Source: an uncultured Bacilli bacterium
GTDB lineage: Bacteria; Bacillota_I; Bacilli_A; RF39; UBA660
Assembly: GCA_944363785.1 (NCBI GenBank)
Contig: CALVVF010000001.1
Coordinates: 2,474-66,473, forward strand
Direction of reading: 5' to 3'
Length of the DNA: 64,000 nt
Positions 52,804 through 62,071 of this stretch are shown piece by piece. Each line of letters starts with the position of its first letter. Position 1 is the stretch's first letter. Both the position numbers and the translations under genes were made by a program. A model generated the notes under the pieces. The model saw nothing but the letters and a program-made list of their open reading frames with translations. It had not been told where the DNA came from and made no database searches.

Positions 52804-53712
52804 ATGAGCCAAAATTTATTTGATAGAATTGATCAACTTGATCGAGCCATCATGAAATTATATAATCATTTAGTGGATTTAGAGGAAGCTACACCGTCTT
52901 ATTTAGAAACGAAACAACTTCTAGCTAAAGCTATTCAACTCGAAGATGATCTATATCAACACCTTGATCCACGTTCTAAGGAATATCAACAGTTTCAACA
53001 TCGGGTAAAGACTAGGATCAAGCAATGTCCAAAAAATAGTGCGGAATTATTACGAATGACTCGGAAAGAAGATCGATTAGCCAAGAAAACATCTTATTTA
53101 TATCAACCTCTATTCGATATTGCCAAACAAAATCATGAATATCGTCAGGAAGAATTAGGAAAAATTATTCAAATCGATCTCTTTAAAGAACTGATCAAAG
53201 CCGATTTTTTTAAACTACAATCCCTGTTTTATGAAGAAAAAATTAGCCGAGCCAAGAATAAAGAAAAAGCGATATTAAGAACGTATTATTACATGTATGC
53301 GTATTTAAGAACGTTAATGGAATCTTACTTTATCTATGATACCAGTAATCAAGAGAAAGAAGAATTAACGTCTATTCAATTATTAAATACTCAAAGTAAG
53401 AAGAAAAACAACATTCTTGAACAAGAACTATTTACTTTTCTTTATCAAGGCATCGAAAACACTTTAATAGGAATAAAACGACAACCTTCCCAGTTAAATA
53501 TAATGACACCAGCTGATGAGATCGCTTTAAAAGCAATAATTTTTCTTGTTCCAGAAGAAAATATCGATCCGTTTAGAAAAGAAGTAGAGAACCTCCTTCA
53601 AAGCAAAACTTATTCACTTTCTCAAGCGAAAAGCTCCATTCTAATGAAAAAAATCGATCAATTTTTTGAAGAAAGAAAAGAGAAACAGAAAACAAAATTA
53701 AAGGAATTATAA
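52804..53712 (+). CDS. Hypothetical all-helical protein
   Basis: 302-aa ORF with RBS AGAGGA, followed by terminator. Confidence 0.7.
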   Translation: MSQNLFDRIDQLDRAIMKLYNHLVDLEEATPSYLETKQLLAKAIQLEDDLYQHLDPRSKEYQQFQHRVKTRIKQCPKNSAELLRMTRKEDRLAKKTSYLYQPLFDIAKQNHEYRQEELGKIIQIDLFKELIKADFFKLQSLFYEEKISRAKNKEKAILRTYYYMYAYLRTLMESYFIYDTSNQEKEELTSIQLLNTQSKKKNNILEQELFTFLYQGIENTLIGIKRQPSQLNIMTPADEIALKAIIFLVPEENIDPFRKEVENLLQSKTYSLSQAKSSILMKKIDQFFEERKEKQKTKLKEL

Positions 53713-53742
53713 CCTGTTTTACGAGGTATAATTCCTTTTTTT
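53700..53742. terminator. Bidirectional terminator
   Basis: AAAGGAATTATA(A)CCT...AGGTATAATTCCTTTT. Confidence 0.75.
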
Positions 53743-54652
53743 AAGCGGCAGCTTCAATATAAACATTTTGATCATAAATATGTTGATCATTTTCTCTAGT
53801 CAGTAACTCTTCAGTAGTAATTAAGAAATAATCGTATTCTAAGATATCTTCTCCAGTATCCGTTACCGGATCATCCCAAGTTAGATCTAAGTGATACCAA
53901 GTACCATCAACCTTAACAAAATTCCAAATATGATTTTCACTCGCAATTTTAAAGTTTTCAATCCCCAATCGGTCAAGAAAAATCTTCATACTATCAGCAT
54001 ATCCACCACAAATCGCATAATGTTCAATTAAAGCCCCATAAGCAATATCAGAATGATATTTTTTAATCTTATTATCACTTCGTTCTTTATCATATTTCGT
54101 ATGATTAATAATATAATCATGAATGGCTTTAATCTGTTCTTCTTCACTCATCCCATCGGTTAGAATCGATGTCATAAGAGAATCAACAACCTCATCAATC
54201 GCTTGAATCTGCTCATCCGTATACGTATGATGAATCGTAACCTCAACTCTTCCTAAATTATCAAATTCCGTTTCGATATGACTAAAACTATTGTATACTT
54301 GAACAAAATTATTAATATTAGAAAGTAGCGATTGATTATTTGACACATAATTCACATCATTAATACATTCCGTATAATCCTTAGGACAATAGAAAACAAA
54401 ATTCGTCATCCCTGAATTAATCACTGTATAGTAAATATTTAAAATATCTTGTTTATTATGAGGAGTAAAATCATCCGTAATCTGAACAAATTGGTAATCA
54501 CGATTACTAGCATACTCATTATTTTCCAAAACAGTACTTGTCTTCTGTGTCTGAAAAAACTTCTCTACTATAAAGCCAATAATTTCTTCATTATAGACCA
54601 CACACCCTAAAAAGATAGCTACTAAAAGAACCAAAGTTATTATTTTTTTCAT
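53741..54652 (-). CDS. Exported transglutaminase-like (Cys-His-Asp) domain protein
   Basis: N-terminal signal; IHDYII, AICGGYA, HIWN.V, YHLDLTWDDP. Confidence 0.88.
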   Translation of the reverse strand: MKKIITLVLLVAIFLGCVVYNEEIIGFIVEKFFQTQKTSTVLENNEYASNRDYQFVQITDDFTPHNKQDILNIYYTVINSGMTNFVFYCPKDYTECINDVNYVSNNQSLLSNINNFVQVYNSFSHIETEFDNLGRVEVTIHHTYTDEQIQAIDEVVDSLMTSILTDGMSEEEQIKAIHDYIINHTKYDKERSDNKIKKYHSDIAYGALIEHYAICGGYADSMKIFLDRLGIENFKIASENHIWNFVKVDGTWYHLDLTWDDPVTDTGEDILEYDYFLITTEELLTRENDQHIYDQNVYIEAAA

Positions 54653-54707
54653 CGTATCACCCTATACTCATTATAGCAAACACAAAATAAAAAAAGAAGT
54701 AAAACTT

Positions 54708-54971
54708 TTACTCCATTTCATTTTTCTTTTTCATTAATCTTGATTTTTCTCTAGCTGCTTTATTTTTATGAACTAATCCACTAGCTACTGCTTTGTCGAT
54801 TCTTTTTACAGCTGTCTTTAATTCGATATCAGCTTGTTCTTTATCGTTTGTTTTTACTGCTTTTTCAAACTTCTTCATTGCAGTTCTCATACTAGATTCT
54901 ACAATATTATTTTGTTCTTTTCTTTTAGCGCTTGTGATCACTCTTTTTTTCGCACTTTTAATATTTGGCAT
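54708..54971 (-). CDS. rpsT: 30S ribosomal protein S20
   Basis: MPNIKSAKKR, IDKA...G.VHKNKAAR.KSRL. Confidence 0.99.
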   Translation of the reverse strand: MPNIKSAKKRVITSAKRKEQNNIVESSMRTAMKKFEKAVKTNDKEQADIELKTAVKRIDKAVASGLVHKNKAAREKSRLMKKKNEME

Positions 54972-55026
54972 GTTTTCACCTCACTTTTATAACAGTTTAA
55001 TTCTAACAAACTTTTGATAAAAATGC

Positions 55027-55056
55027 AAATAAAAGTTACTGTTTTTGGTAAAAATA
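55027..55056 (+). promoter_or_regulatory. Possible SigF-type promoter for gpr
   Basis: GGTAAAAATA at 55047-55056 fits the SigF -10 (GGnnAnAnTR); weak -35 15 bp upstream; gpr is forespore-expressed in B. subtilis. Confidence 0.4.
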
Positions 55057-55072
55057 ACTAGTAGGTGATACT

Positions 55073-56104
55073 GTGAACAAAGAAATTGATATGAAAAACT
55101 ACCAAATTAGGACGGATTTATTAATTGATTTATATACGGGAGAGTATGATAAAAACAAGGTTGATCTGCATACGGAGAAGGATAAAGAGATCGAAGTAGT
55201 CGATATTGTGATTAAAGATGAAGGCAATGAGTTTAAAAAGAAAAAGGGGAAATATACAACCGTTGCTTTTTTAGATGTAACCGATAAAGAAAATCAAAAA
55301 CGAGTAGAAGAAGTAGTTACGCGTTATCTAAAAGCGATGCTTAATCATTTAAAGATTAAAGAGGATGCTTCTTGTTTAGTAGTAGGACTTGGCAATAAAG
55401 AATCGACCCCAGACTCCTTAGGTCCAAAAGTCATCGAAAAAGTATTAGTCACTAAGTATCTATTCGATACTCCCGGAATAGAAGTATCTAGTAATTATCG
55501 TAATGTCTCTGCTTTTACCCCAGGTGTTTTAGCCACTACCGGAATTGAAAGCAGTGATATGATATTGGGAATTATCGAACGAACACATCCGGACTTTCTA
55601 ATTATTATCGATGCTTTAGCTTCCATTTCATTAGATAGAATCAACAAAACGATCCAAATGACCGATAGTGGAATTCATCCAGGTAGTGGGATTGGTAATA
55701 ACAGAAAAGCAATCGATCAAGAACACTTAGGAATTCCGGTAATTTCTATTGGTGTACCAACCGTAATTGAAGCGATTACGGTTGTTAGTGATACCATAGA
55801 ATACTTATATAAACACTTCGCATATAATAAAGAAAACATGAATAAAAATAAACTGATCCCGATTACTAAACGAAATTACCTAGATTATCCGGGAGAACTA
55901 GCTCCTCAAGAAAAAGAAGAATTATTTGGCCATATTGGCCTACTGAACGAAGAAGAACGAAAAGAACTAATTTTCGAGGTTCTAACCCCAATCGGTTATA
56001 ACATGATGGTAACACCCAAAGAAATTGATTTTTTAATGGAAAAACTATCTTCTGTAATCGCAAATAGTATAAATCGTACCCTTCATAAAAATTTCGACAT
56101 ATAA
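55073..56104 (+). CDS. gpr: Germination protease GPR
   Basis: RTDL, VVGLGN..STPDSLGP, IDALA, TIQMTDSGIHPGSGIGN, GVPTV, MVTPKEID. Confidence 0.97.
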   Translation: MNKEIDMKNYQIRTDLLIDLYTGEYDKNKVDLHTEKDKEIEVVDIVIKDEGNEFKKKKGKYTTVAFLDVTDKENQKRVEEVVTRYLKAMLNHLKIKEDASCLVVGLGNKESTPDSLGPKVIEKVLVTKYLFDTPGIEVSSNYRNVSAFTPGVLATTGIESSDMILGIIERTHPDFLIIIDALASISLDRINKTIQMTDSGIHPGSGIGNNRKAIDQEHLGIPVISIGVPTVIEAITVVSDTIEYLYKHFAYNKENMNKNKLIPITKRNYLDYPGELAPQEKEELFGHIGLLNEEERKELIFEVLTPIGYNMMVTPKEIDFLMEKLSSVIANSINRTLHKNFDI

Positions 56105-56147
56105 TTCGGAAGAAGCCTGCTATAGTAAACGTAAAGTAGGTGATAAA

Positions 56148-57131
56148 ACGAAAAAAAGAACAAGAAAAAAGAAAAAAAGTTATCTATTTAAACTAGTGGT
56201 TATACTCATTGTATTTGGAATTTCGTTTTCTTATACGATGAGTAAAATCTCTTCTTCCAAACCGATCAGTAACAGTGAATTTGTCCGTTTATTACTAGCC
56301 GAGGGAAACCCTAATTTTTCCTACGAAAAAGATAAAGAAAAATCCCCCTTAGACTCTATTCTTTCTATCTTTAATATCGATTTAAAAAATCCCTTTCAAA
56401 TGATCAAAAATCACTATTCATACCAGGACTATTCTTCAAACTCCAGCGATGAAAAGAGCCAACCAACAGGTAGTGAATATGTTCCTGATCCTTATCCCGA
56501 TAATGAAGAAGAAAAAGAACCGATCGTCTATTTATATAACACACATCAATTAGAAGAATACAAGCAAGAAAACCAAGAAAGCTACAACGTTACTCCTAAT
56601 GTGATGATGCTCAGTTATATTGTCCGAGAAAAATTAAACGACAAAGGAATACCGACAATAGTGGAAGAAAACGATGTTTCCGCTTTTCTTCAAACAAACA
56701 ACTGGAACTATGCTTCTAGCTATAAAGTAACTAAAATGTTAATGACCGACGCCAAAGAGAAAAATCCCTCCTTACAATATTTCATCGATCTACACCGTGA
56801 TTCCGTTTCAAAAAAGATCTCAACGGCGACGATCAATGGAAAAGGTTATGCCAAAATTTTATTCATTATCGGCTTAGAAAACCCCAATTACCAAGCAAAC
56901 TTAGAGGTAACCACTACCATCAATAATATGTTAGAAGAAAAATATCCAGGCATTACTAGAGGGATCTATAAAAAAGAAGGTAAAGGCGTAAATGGCGTTT
57001 ATAATCAGGATTTTGATAAAAATACGATTCTGTTTGAAGTAGGAGGAGCAGAAAACACAATTGAAGAAGTGTTAAATACTGCGGATGCTATTGCTACTGT
57101 ATTAGCAGAATATATAGGAGAACACTCATGA
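56148..57131 (+). CDS. spoIIP: Stage II sporulation protein P; probable start is an ACG codon at 56148
   Basis: YLYNTHQLEEY, DLHRDS, YNQD, LFEVGG..NT; follows gpr; RBS AGGTGA 4 nt before in-frame ACG. Confidence 0.92.
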   Translation, partial: TKKRTRKKKKSYLFKLVVILIVFGISFSYTMSKISSSKPISNSEFVRLLLAEGNPNFSYEKDKEKSPLDSILSIFNIDLKNPFQMIKNHYSYQDYSSNSSDEKSQPTGSEYVPDPYPDNEEEKEPIVYLYNTHQLEEYKQENQESYNVTPNVMMLSYIVREKLNDKGIPTIVEENDVSAFLQTNNWNYASSYKVTKMLMTDAKEKNPSLQYFIDLHRDSVSKKISTATINGKGYAKILFIIGLENPNYQANLEVTTTINNMLEEKYPGITRGIYKKEGKGVNGVYNQDFDKNTILFEVGGAENTIEEVLNTADAIATVLAEYIGEHS

Positions 57132-57448
57132 AAAATAATATTATCCGGATTATCTTTCTTACTTTAGTTTTTCTCTTTATCGGTCTTTATAGTGCTTCAA
57201 ATGCTGGGTATATCGATTATCAAGCACGAAACCAAACAGTATTAACCGAAAACCAAATCAAACAGTTTGAAGAAGATGTAAAAAATAACCGCCCAATCGA
57301 TATTGAGAACTATGTGATCAATAAAGAAGAAACATACAATAATAATCTTTCTAAATTATCTCTAAAAATATCTAATGCGATTGGAAAAACATTTCAAAAT
57401 ACCTTAGATTATCTATTTGGTAAATTAGAAAGTGTAATGAATGGATAA
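57128..57448 (+). CDS. Small membrane-anchored protein at the yqxA position
   Basis: N-terminal TM; 4-nt overlap with spoIIP; synteny with Bacillus gpr-spoIIP-yqxA-lepA. Confidence 0.7.
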   Translation: MKNNIIRIIFLTLVFLFIGLYSASNAGYIDYQARNQTVLTENQIKQFEEDVKNNRPIDIENYVINKEETYNNNLSKLSLKISNAIGKTFQNTLDYLFGKLESVMNG

Positions 57449-57450
57449 CT

Positions 57451-57484
57451 GTAGTCATCAAAAGCGGTGACTACTTTTTCTTTT
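57451..57484 (+). terminator. Intrinsic terminator
   Basis: GTAGTCATC-loop-GGTGACTAC + T tract. Confidence 0.75.
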
Positions 57485-57601
57485 GATAGAACGTGTAAAC
57501 TACTAATTATTTTCCGTTCTTACTTGACGAAGAAAAATACTTTCATTAAAATAGTATTAGAATAATATAAGCCATTAGACTATATAAGGTAGTGTGAGTA
57601 A

Positions 57602-59008
57602 ATGAAAATAATGAAAAAAATAAGGCCCAAACTAAAATATATAATCATCCCGGTATTATTTCTTTGTCTATGTGCGATAAGTAGTTCCTATTCATATTAT
57701 AAGTTAACTAAGGAAAATAAAAATGCCCTAACGTTAAATGGGGTAGAATTAGACTATACGATTACTTCGGATAGTTTAGAAAATAAAACGATTCAAGTAC
57801 CAGCTGGTTCTAAACAAACAATTACTTTCGATGTAACAAGTAATAATGAAAAGGATGCAGAATATGAAGTGTATTATCAAATCATAGAAGCACTAAGTCA
57901 GGAAGAAAAAGAGAAGATCAGTGTTACTTGTTATGAAAATATTAGTGAGAGTTTACCAACCGGTGAGATAACACCAGACGGAGTTAAAACGATTATTGTC
58001 GAAATAGAAAACAACAGTACATCCCCTGTAACGATTGAATTAGGTTGTCAAGGTGGATTAATAGGAAGAGACCTAGTCCTAGAACAAGGAAATAAGATCC
58101 CAGTTGTCTCTATCCCAATCTTACAAAGTGAAGATTCCAATGAAGCTTTCTGGCAGTACAAAAGTTCAATTACTAAAGTAATATTCCAAAACCAAAAACA
58201 AAGTATAAGTAATGCCGCATATCAACATGATATTTCCGAAGCAAACGATGGTAGTATTATGGCTTATTTAGTATTAAACAGCGATCAATCAACTTATACA
58301 GCTTATATCCAAAGTGATGGGGTTATGCAAGCTAATTCGGATTGTTATGAGTGGTTTGCGGATTTTAGCAATTTGCAAAGTATCGAAGGCTTAGAGTATT
58401 TTGATACTTCACAAGTGACAAGTATGTGGATGATGTTTTTTAATTGTAGAGGGCTAACCAACTTAGATCTACGTAATTTCGATACAAGCAAGGTGACAGT
58501 TACAAGCTCCATGTTTGGTTGGTGTACTAATTTGACGAGTTTAGATATCAGTAATTTTAATACTTCACAAGTAGATAATATGGCTTCAATGTTTGAAGGT
58601 TGCCAAAGCCTAACAAGTCTAGATTTAAGTCATTTCGATACTTCATAAGTGACAGACATGTCTAGTCTCTTTTGGTACTGCGATGCTTTAGTGCAAGTAG
58701 ATGTCAGTAGTTTCGACACATCAAAAGTGGAAAATATGGGTGGTATGTTTAATGAGTGTAGGAGTTTAACTACTGTAGATTTAAGTAATTTTGACACCAC
58801 ACAAGTAACCAATATGTGGAAGATGTTCGATAACTGTTTTAGTTTAACTAGCTTAGATTTAAGAAATGCTACTTTTACAGCAGTAACTGACTCTAGGGAG
58901 ATGTTTGGTAACAACCCATCTAACATCCAAATTATTGTAAAAGATGCTACAGCTCAAACTTGGATAAAAGACAAGTTAGGAAGTGAAGGTAGCGTAATTA
59001 TTGCTTAA
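57602..59008 (+). pseudogene. Class-1 N-module plus BspA LRR gene interrupted by in-frame TAA at 58646-58648
   Basis: GAT ACT TCA TAA GTG where sister repeats read GAT ACT TCA CAA GTG (DTSQV); frame continues to a C-terminus homologous to the 43879 protein (IVKDATAQ.WI). Confidence 0.88.
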
Positions 59009-59539
59009 TCGTAACATTGATATAAGAAAGGAATGATACTTAAAATGAAAAAAATAAAGCCCAAATTAAAATATATAATTATTGCGGTATTATTTATCTG
59101 TTTATGTGCAATCAATAGTTCTTATTCTTATTATAAATTAACCAAAGAAAATAAAAATGCCTTAACGTTAAATGGAGTAGAATTAACGTATACGATTACC
59201 TCGGATAGTTTAGAAAATAGAAAAATCCAAGTACCGTCTGGTTCTAAACAAACAGTGACAATGAATATAACAAGCAATAATGAAAAGGACACGGAATATG
59301 AAGTCTATTATCAAATTATGGAAGCACTAAGTCAGGAAGAAAAAGAGAAAATTAGTGTGGTTTGTTATGAAAATATTAGTGAGAGCTTACCGACCGGGGA
59401 GATAACACCAAACGGCACTAAAACGATTATTGTTGAAATAGAAAATAACAGTACATCTCCTGTAACAATTGAATTAGGTTGCCAAGGCGGATTAATAGGA
59501 AGAGAGCTAGTCTTAGAACAAGGGAATAAGATCCCTGTT
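57611..59539 (+). repeat. Direct repeat pair of 495 bp (57611-58105 and 59045-59539) encoding the class-1 N-module
   Basis: Colinear, highly similar DNA and protein from MKKI.PKLKY to GNKIPV, then abrupt divergence. Confidence 0.9.
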
Positions 59540-60523
59540 ACCATCGCTATCAGAGAATTAGTGGAGATGATAAAACCAGAAGCAGTATTGGATAATATTC
59601 AAAGTACTTATGTAAGCAGTCCTACAGGAATTGATTTTTCACAAACATCAAGTGATACAAACGGAAAAGGACTATATATTTTACATGGAACAGAAAATGA
59701 TGCTAATCCAATCATGTATTACCGAGGGGATGTAAAAAATAACAATGTAAAATTCGCAAACTTCTGTTGGAAAATAGTTAGAACAACGGAAACAGGAGGA
59801 GTAAAGCTAATCTATAATGGTAGTCCAAATAATAATGGGCAATGTACAGCTTGGGGAAGTTCATCGATGTTATCAGACAGTGTTTTTAATACGAATGATA
59901 ATGACAACGCATATGTCGGCTATATGTATGGTACAGCGGGATCATCTACTTATGAAGAAACACATAAAAATACGAACGATTCAACGATTAAGACGGTAAT
60001 TGATGAGTGGTATAGTCGAAATATGACAGAATATACAGATCAGTTAGAAGATACAGTGTGGTGTAATGATCGAAGCATTTCCCCATTTGATTCAGGAACA
60101 GGAGCGGGTGCAGATTATACAGATTATGGAGCAAGATACAGATTAATGATAAATAAGATACCTACTTTAGAATGTGTAAATGAAAATGATCGTTTCACAG
60201 TAAGTAGTGAGAATGGTAATGGGGCTTTAACTTATCCGATTGCGTTATTAACAGCAGATGAAATCGCATATGCAGGTATAATTGATGGGAGAGAGAATAA
60301 GAATAATTATTATTTGGATAATGCTGATCTCTGGTGGACTATGTCCCCTAACTATTTCTATAGCTACGATGCTCGTGTGTACTTTCTGAACACAACGGAT
60401 AGCCTCAGCTACTCCAGCTCATCCAATTCCGTCGGTGTGCGTCCCTCTATTTCTCTTAAGAAAGGCACTAAAGTAGAAAGCGGAGAAGGAACAGTAGAAA
60501 ATCCTTATGTTATACTTGAATAA
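59033..60523 (+). CDS. Secreted protein: class-1 N-module plus head with DGR-target-like C-terminus
   Basis: Signal ending SSYSYYKL; head shared with 22963; WWTMSP...GVRPSISLK. Confidence 0.82.
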   Translation: MILKMKKIKPKLKYIIIAVLFICLCAINSSYSYYKLTKENKNALTLNGVELTYTITSDSLENRKIQVPSGSKQTVTMNITSNNEKDTEYEVYYQIMEALSQEEKEKISVVCYENISESLPTGEITPNGTKTIIVEIENNSTSPVTIELGCQGGLIGRELVLEQGNKIPVTIAIRELVEMIKPEAVLDNIQSTYVSSPTGIDFSQTSSDTNGKGLYILHGTENDANPIMYYRGDVKNNNVKFANFCWKIVRTTETGGVKLIYNGSPNNNGQCTAWGSSSMLSDSVFNTNDNDNAYVGYMYGTAGSSTYEETHKNTNDSTIKTVIDEWYSRNMTEYTDQLEDTVWCNDRSISPFDSGTGAGADYTDYGARYRLMINKIPTLECVNENDRFTVSSENGNGALTYPIALLTADEIAYAGIIDGRENKNNYYLDNADLWWTMSPNYFYSYDARVYFLNTTDSLSYSSSSNSVGVRPSISLKKGTKVESGEGTVENPYVILE

Positions 60524-60539
60524 AGTAGGAGGGAGTAAT

Positions 60540-62057
60540 ATGAAAAAGAAGAAAATAATCGTTTGTGTATTGATTATAGTTGGTGTTTTAGCTTTAATAG
60601 GTATAAGTTATGCCTATTTTACAGCTTTGGAAAACTCGGATGAACAAATAGTGAAAAGTGGTGTACTAAGTCTAACCTATACAAATGGAAAGAATATATT
60701 ATTAGAAAATATAATTCCTTCTGAAGAAACAGAAGCTGGTATTCATGAATTTACGATAGAAAATACTGGGACCTTAGATGCAATATATTATTTATATTTA
60801 GATAATATTACCCTACAGAAAGAGGGAGAAGATACCCAGAGTAGTAATTTAAAATGGAAATTATATAGTGCCGATGAAGATTATACAGAGCAAGACGTAA
60901 TTGCTTCTGGAGATTTTTCGGACGGGAACAACACAATTGAACTAGATACGGATATTGCGATTGCCCCTCAAGAGAAACACTACTATATTTTAAAGATTTG
61001 GTTACAAGAAACCGGTGAATTACAAAATGAAGATCAGGGATTAAAATTTAGTACGATAGTTGAAGCAACAACGGTGAAAAAGAAAGTGAATAAAGCCCTA
61101 GTAAACGTGATTAAAGAAGAAGCAGTACTCGATAATATCGCTAGTGAGTTTGTTACTAGTTCTACAGGTATTGATTTTAGTCAAGTATCTAGTGATACTA
61201 ACGGTAAAGGTGTATATATCTTGCATGGAACAGAAAGTAACCCTAACCCAATTATGTATTACCGAGGAGATGTAAAAAATAATAATGTAAAATTCGCAAA
61301 CTATTGTTGGCAGATTGTAAGAACGACCGAAACAGGTGGAGTGAAATTAATTTATAATGGAGAGCCAGACGCAAGCGGAGCTTGTAATTCAGCTGCTAAA
61401 GAGATAGCTTTTAGTACTTTCAATAATAGGGATATATATACTAATGCTGGAGTTGACTATATGTACGGTAGTACAGATATTTCAGCTACTTACGAAGAAA
61501 TGCATACCAACATAAATGATTCGGCAATTAAAACTGTAATTGATGGTTGGTACGAAGAAAATATGACAGAGTATACAGATAAGTTAGAGGATACAGTATG
61601 GTGTAACGATAGAAGTATCTCCTTGAACTCACCAGGCGATGGAACAGATATTGAGGATGATACTCAATACGGAGCTTATTATCGATTATATGACAATAAA
61701 ACACCTAGTTTAGAATGTGTAAATCCTAATGACCGTTTTACCGTAAGCGAAGAGAATGGAAACGGTGCCTTAACCTATCCAGTAGCCTTATTAACAGCGG
61801 ATGAGGTGGCCTATGCGGGAGGAGTACACCAACAAAAAAGCAACACCTATTTAGCTACAAAAGACCATGTTTGGACACTATCACCTGGTTTTTATAGTCC
61901 AACGATAGCATATCATTTCACCCACGATATAGATGGACTTGAGATTGCGGTGTATGGTCAATTGAATGTTAGACCTTCAATTTCCTTAAAACGTGGAGTC
62001 AAAGTGACAGCTGATGGAGACGGAACCGCTGACAATCCATATATAGTAGTTGAATAG
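60540..62057 (+). CDS. Secreted protein: class-2 N-module plus lectin-like head
   Basis: RBS GGAGG before ATG 60540; GISYAYFTA; VWTLSP...NVRPSISLK. Confidence 0.82.
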   Translation: MKKKKIIVCVLIIVGVLALIGISYAYFTALENSDEQIVKSGVLSLTYTNGKNILLENIIPSEETEAGIHEFTIENTGTLDAIYYLYLDNITLQKEGEDTQSSNLKWKLYSADEDYTEQDVIASGDFSDGNNTIELDTDIAIAPQEKHYYILKIWLQETGELQNEDQGLKFSTIVEATTVKKKVNKALVNVIKEEAVLDNIASEFVTSSTGIDFSQVSSDTNGKGVYILHGTESNPNPIMYYRGDVKNNNVKFANYCWQIVRTTETGGVKLIYNGEPDASGACNSAAKEIAFSTFNNRDIYTNAGVDYMYGSTDISATYEEMHTNINDSAIKTVIDGWYEENMTEYTDKLEDTVWCNDRSISLNSPGDGTDIEDDTQYGAYYRLYDNKTPSLECVNPNDRFTVSEENGNGALTYPVALLTADEVAYAGGVHQQKSNTYLATKDHVWTLSPGFYSPTIAYHFTHDIDGLEIAVYGQLNVRPSISLKRGVKVTADGDGTADNPYIVVE

Positions 62058-62071
62058 AAGGTGAGAGTAAG

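Noticed and set aside
58646-58648. Stop-codon reassignment (TAA=Gln, or TGA=Trp as in Mollicutes code 4)
   Set aside because: TAA ends many conserved genes normally, TGA ends uvrC and the glucan synthase, and Trp is TGG; this is a single lesion
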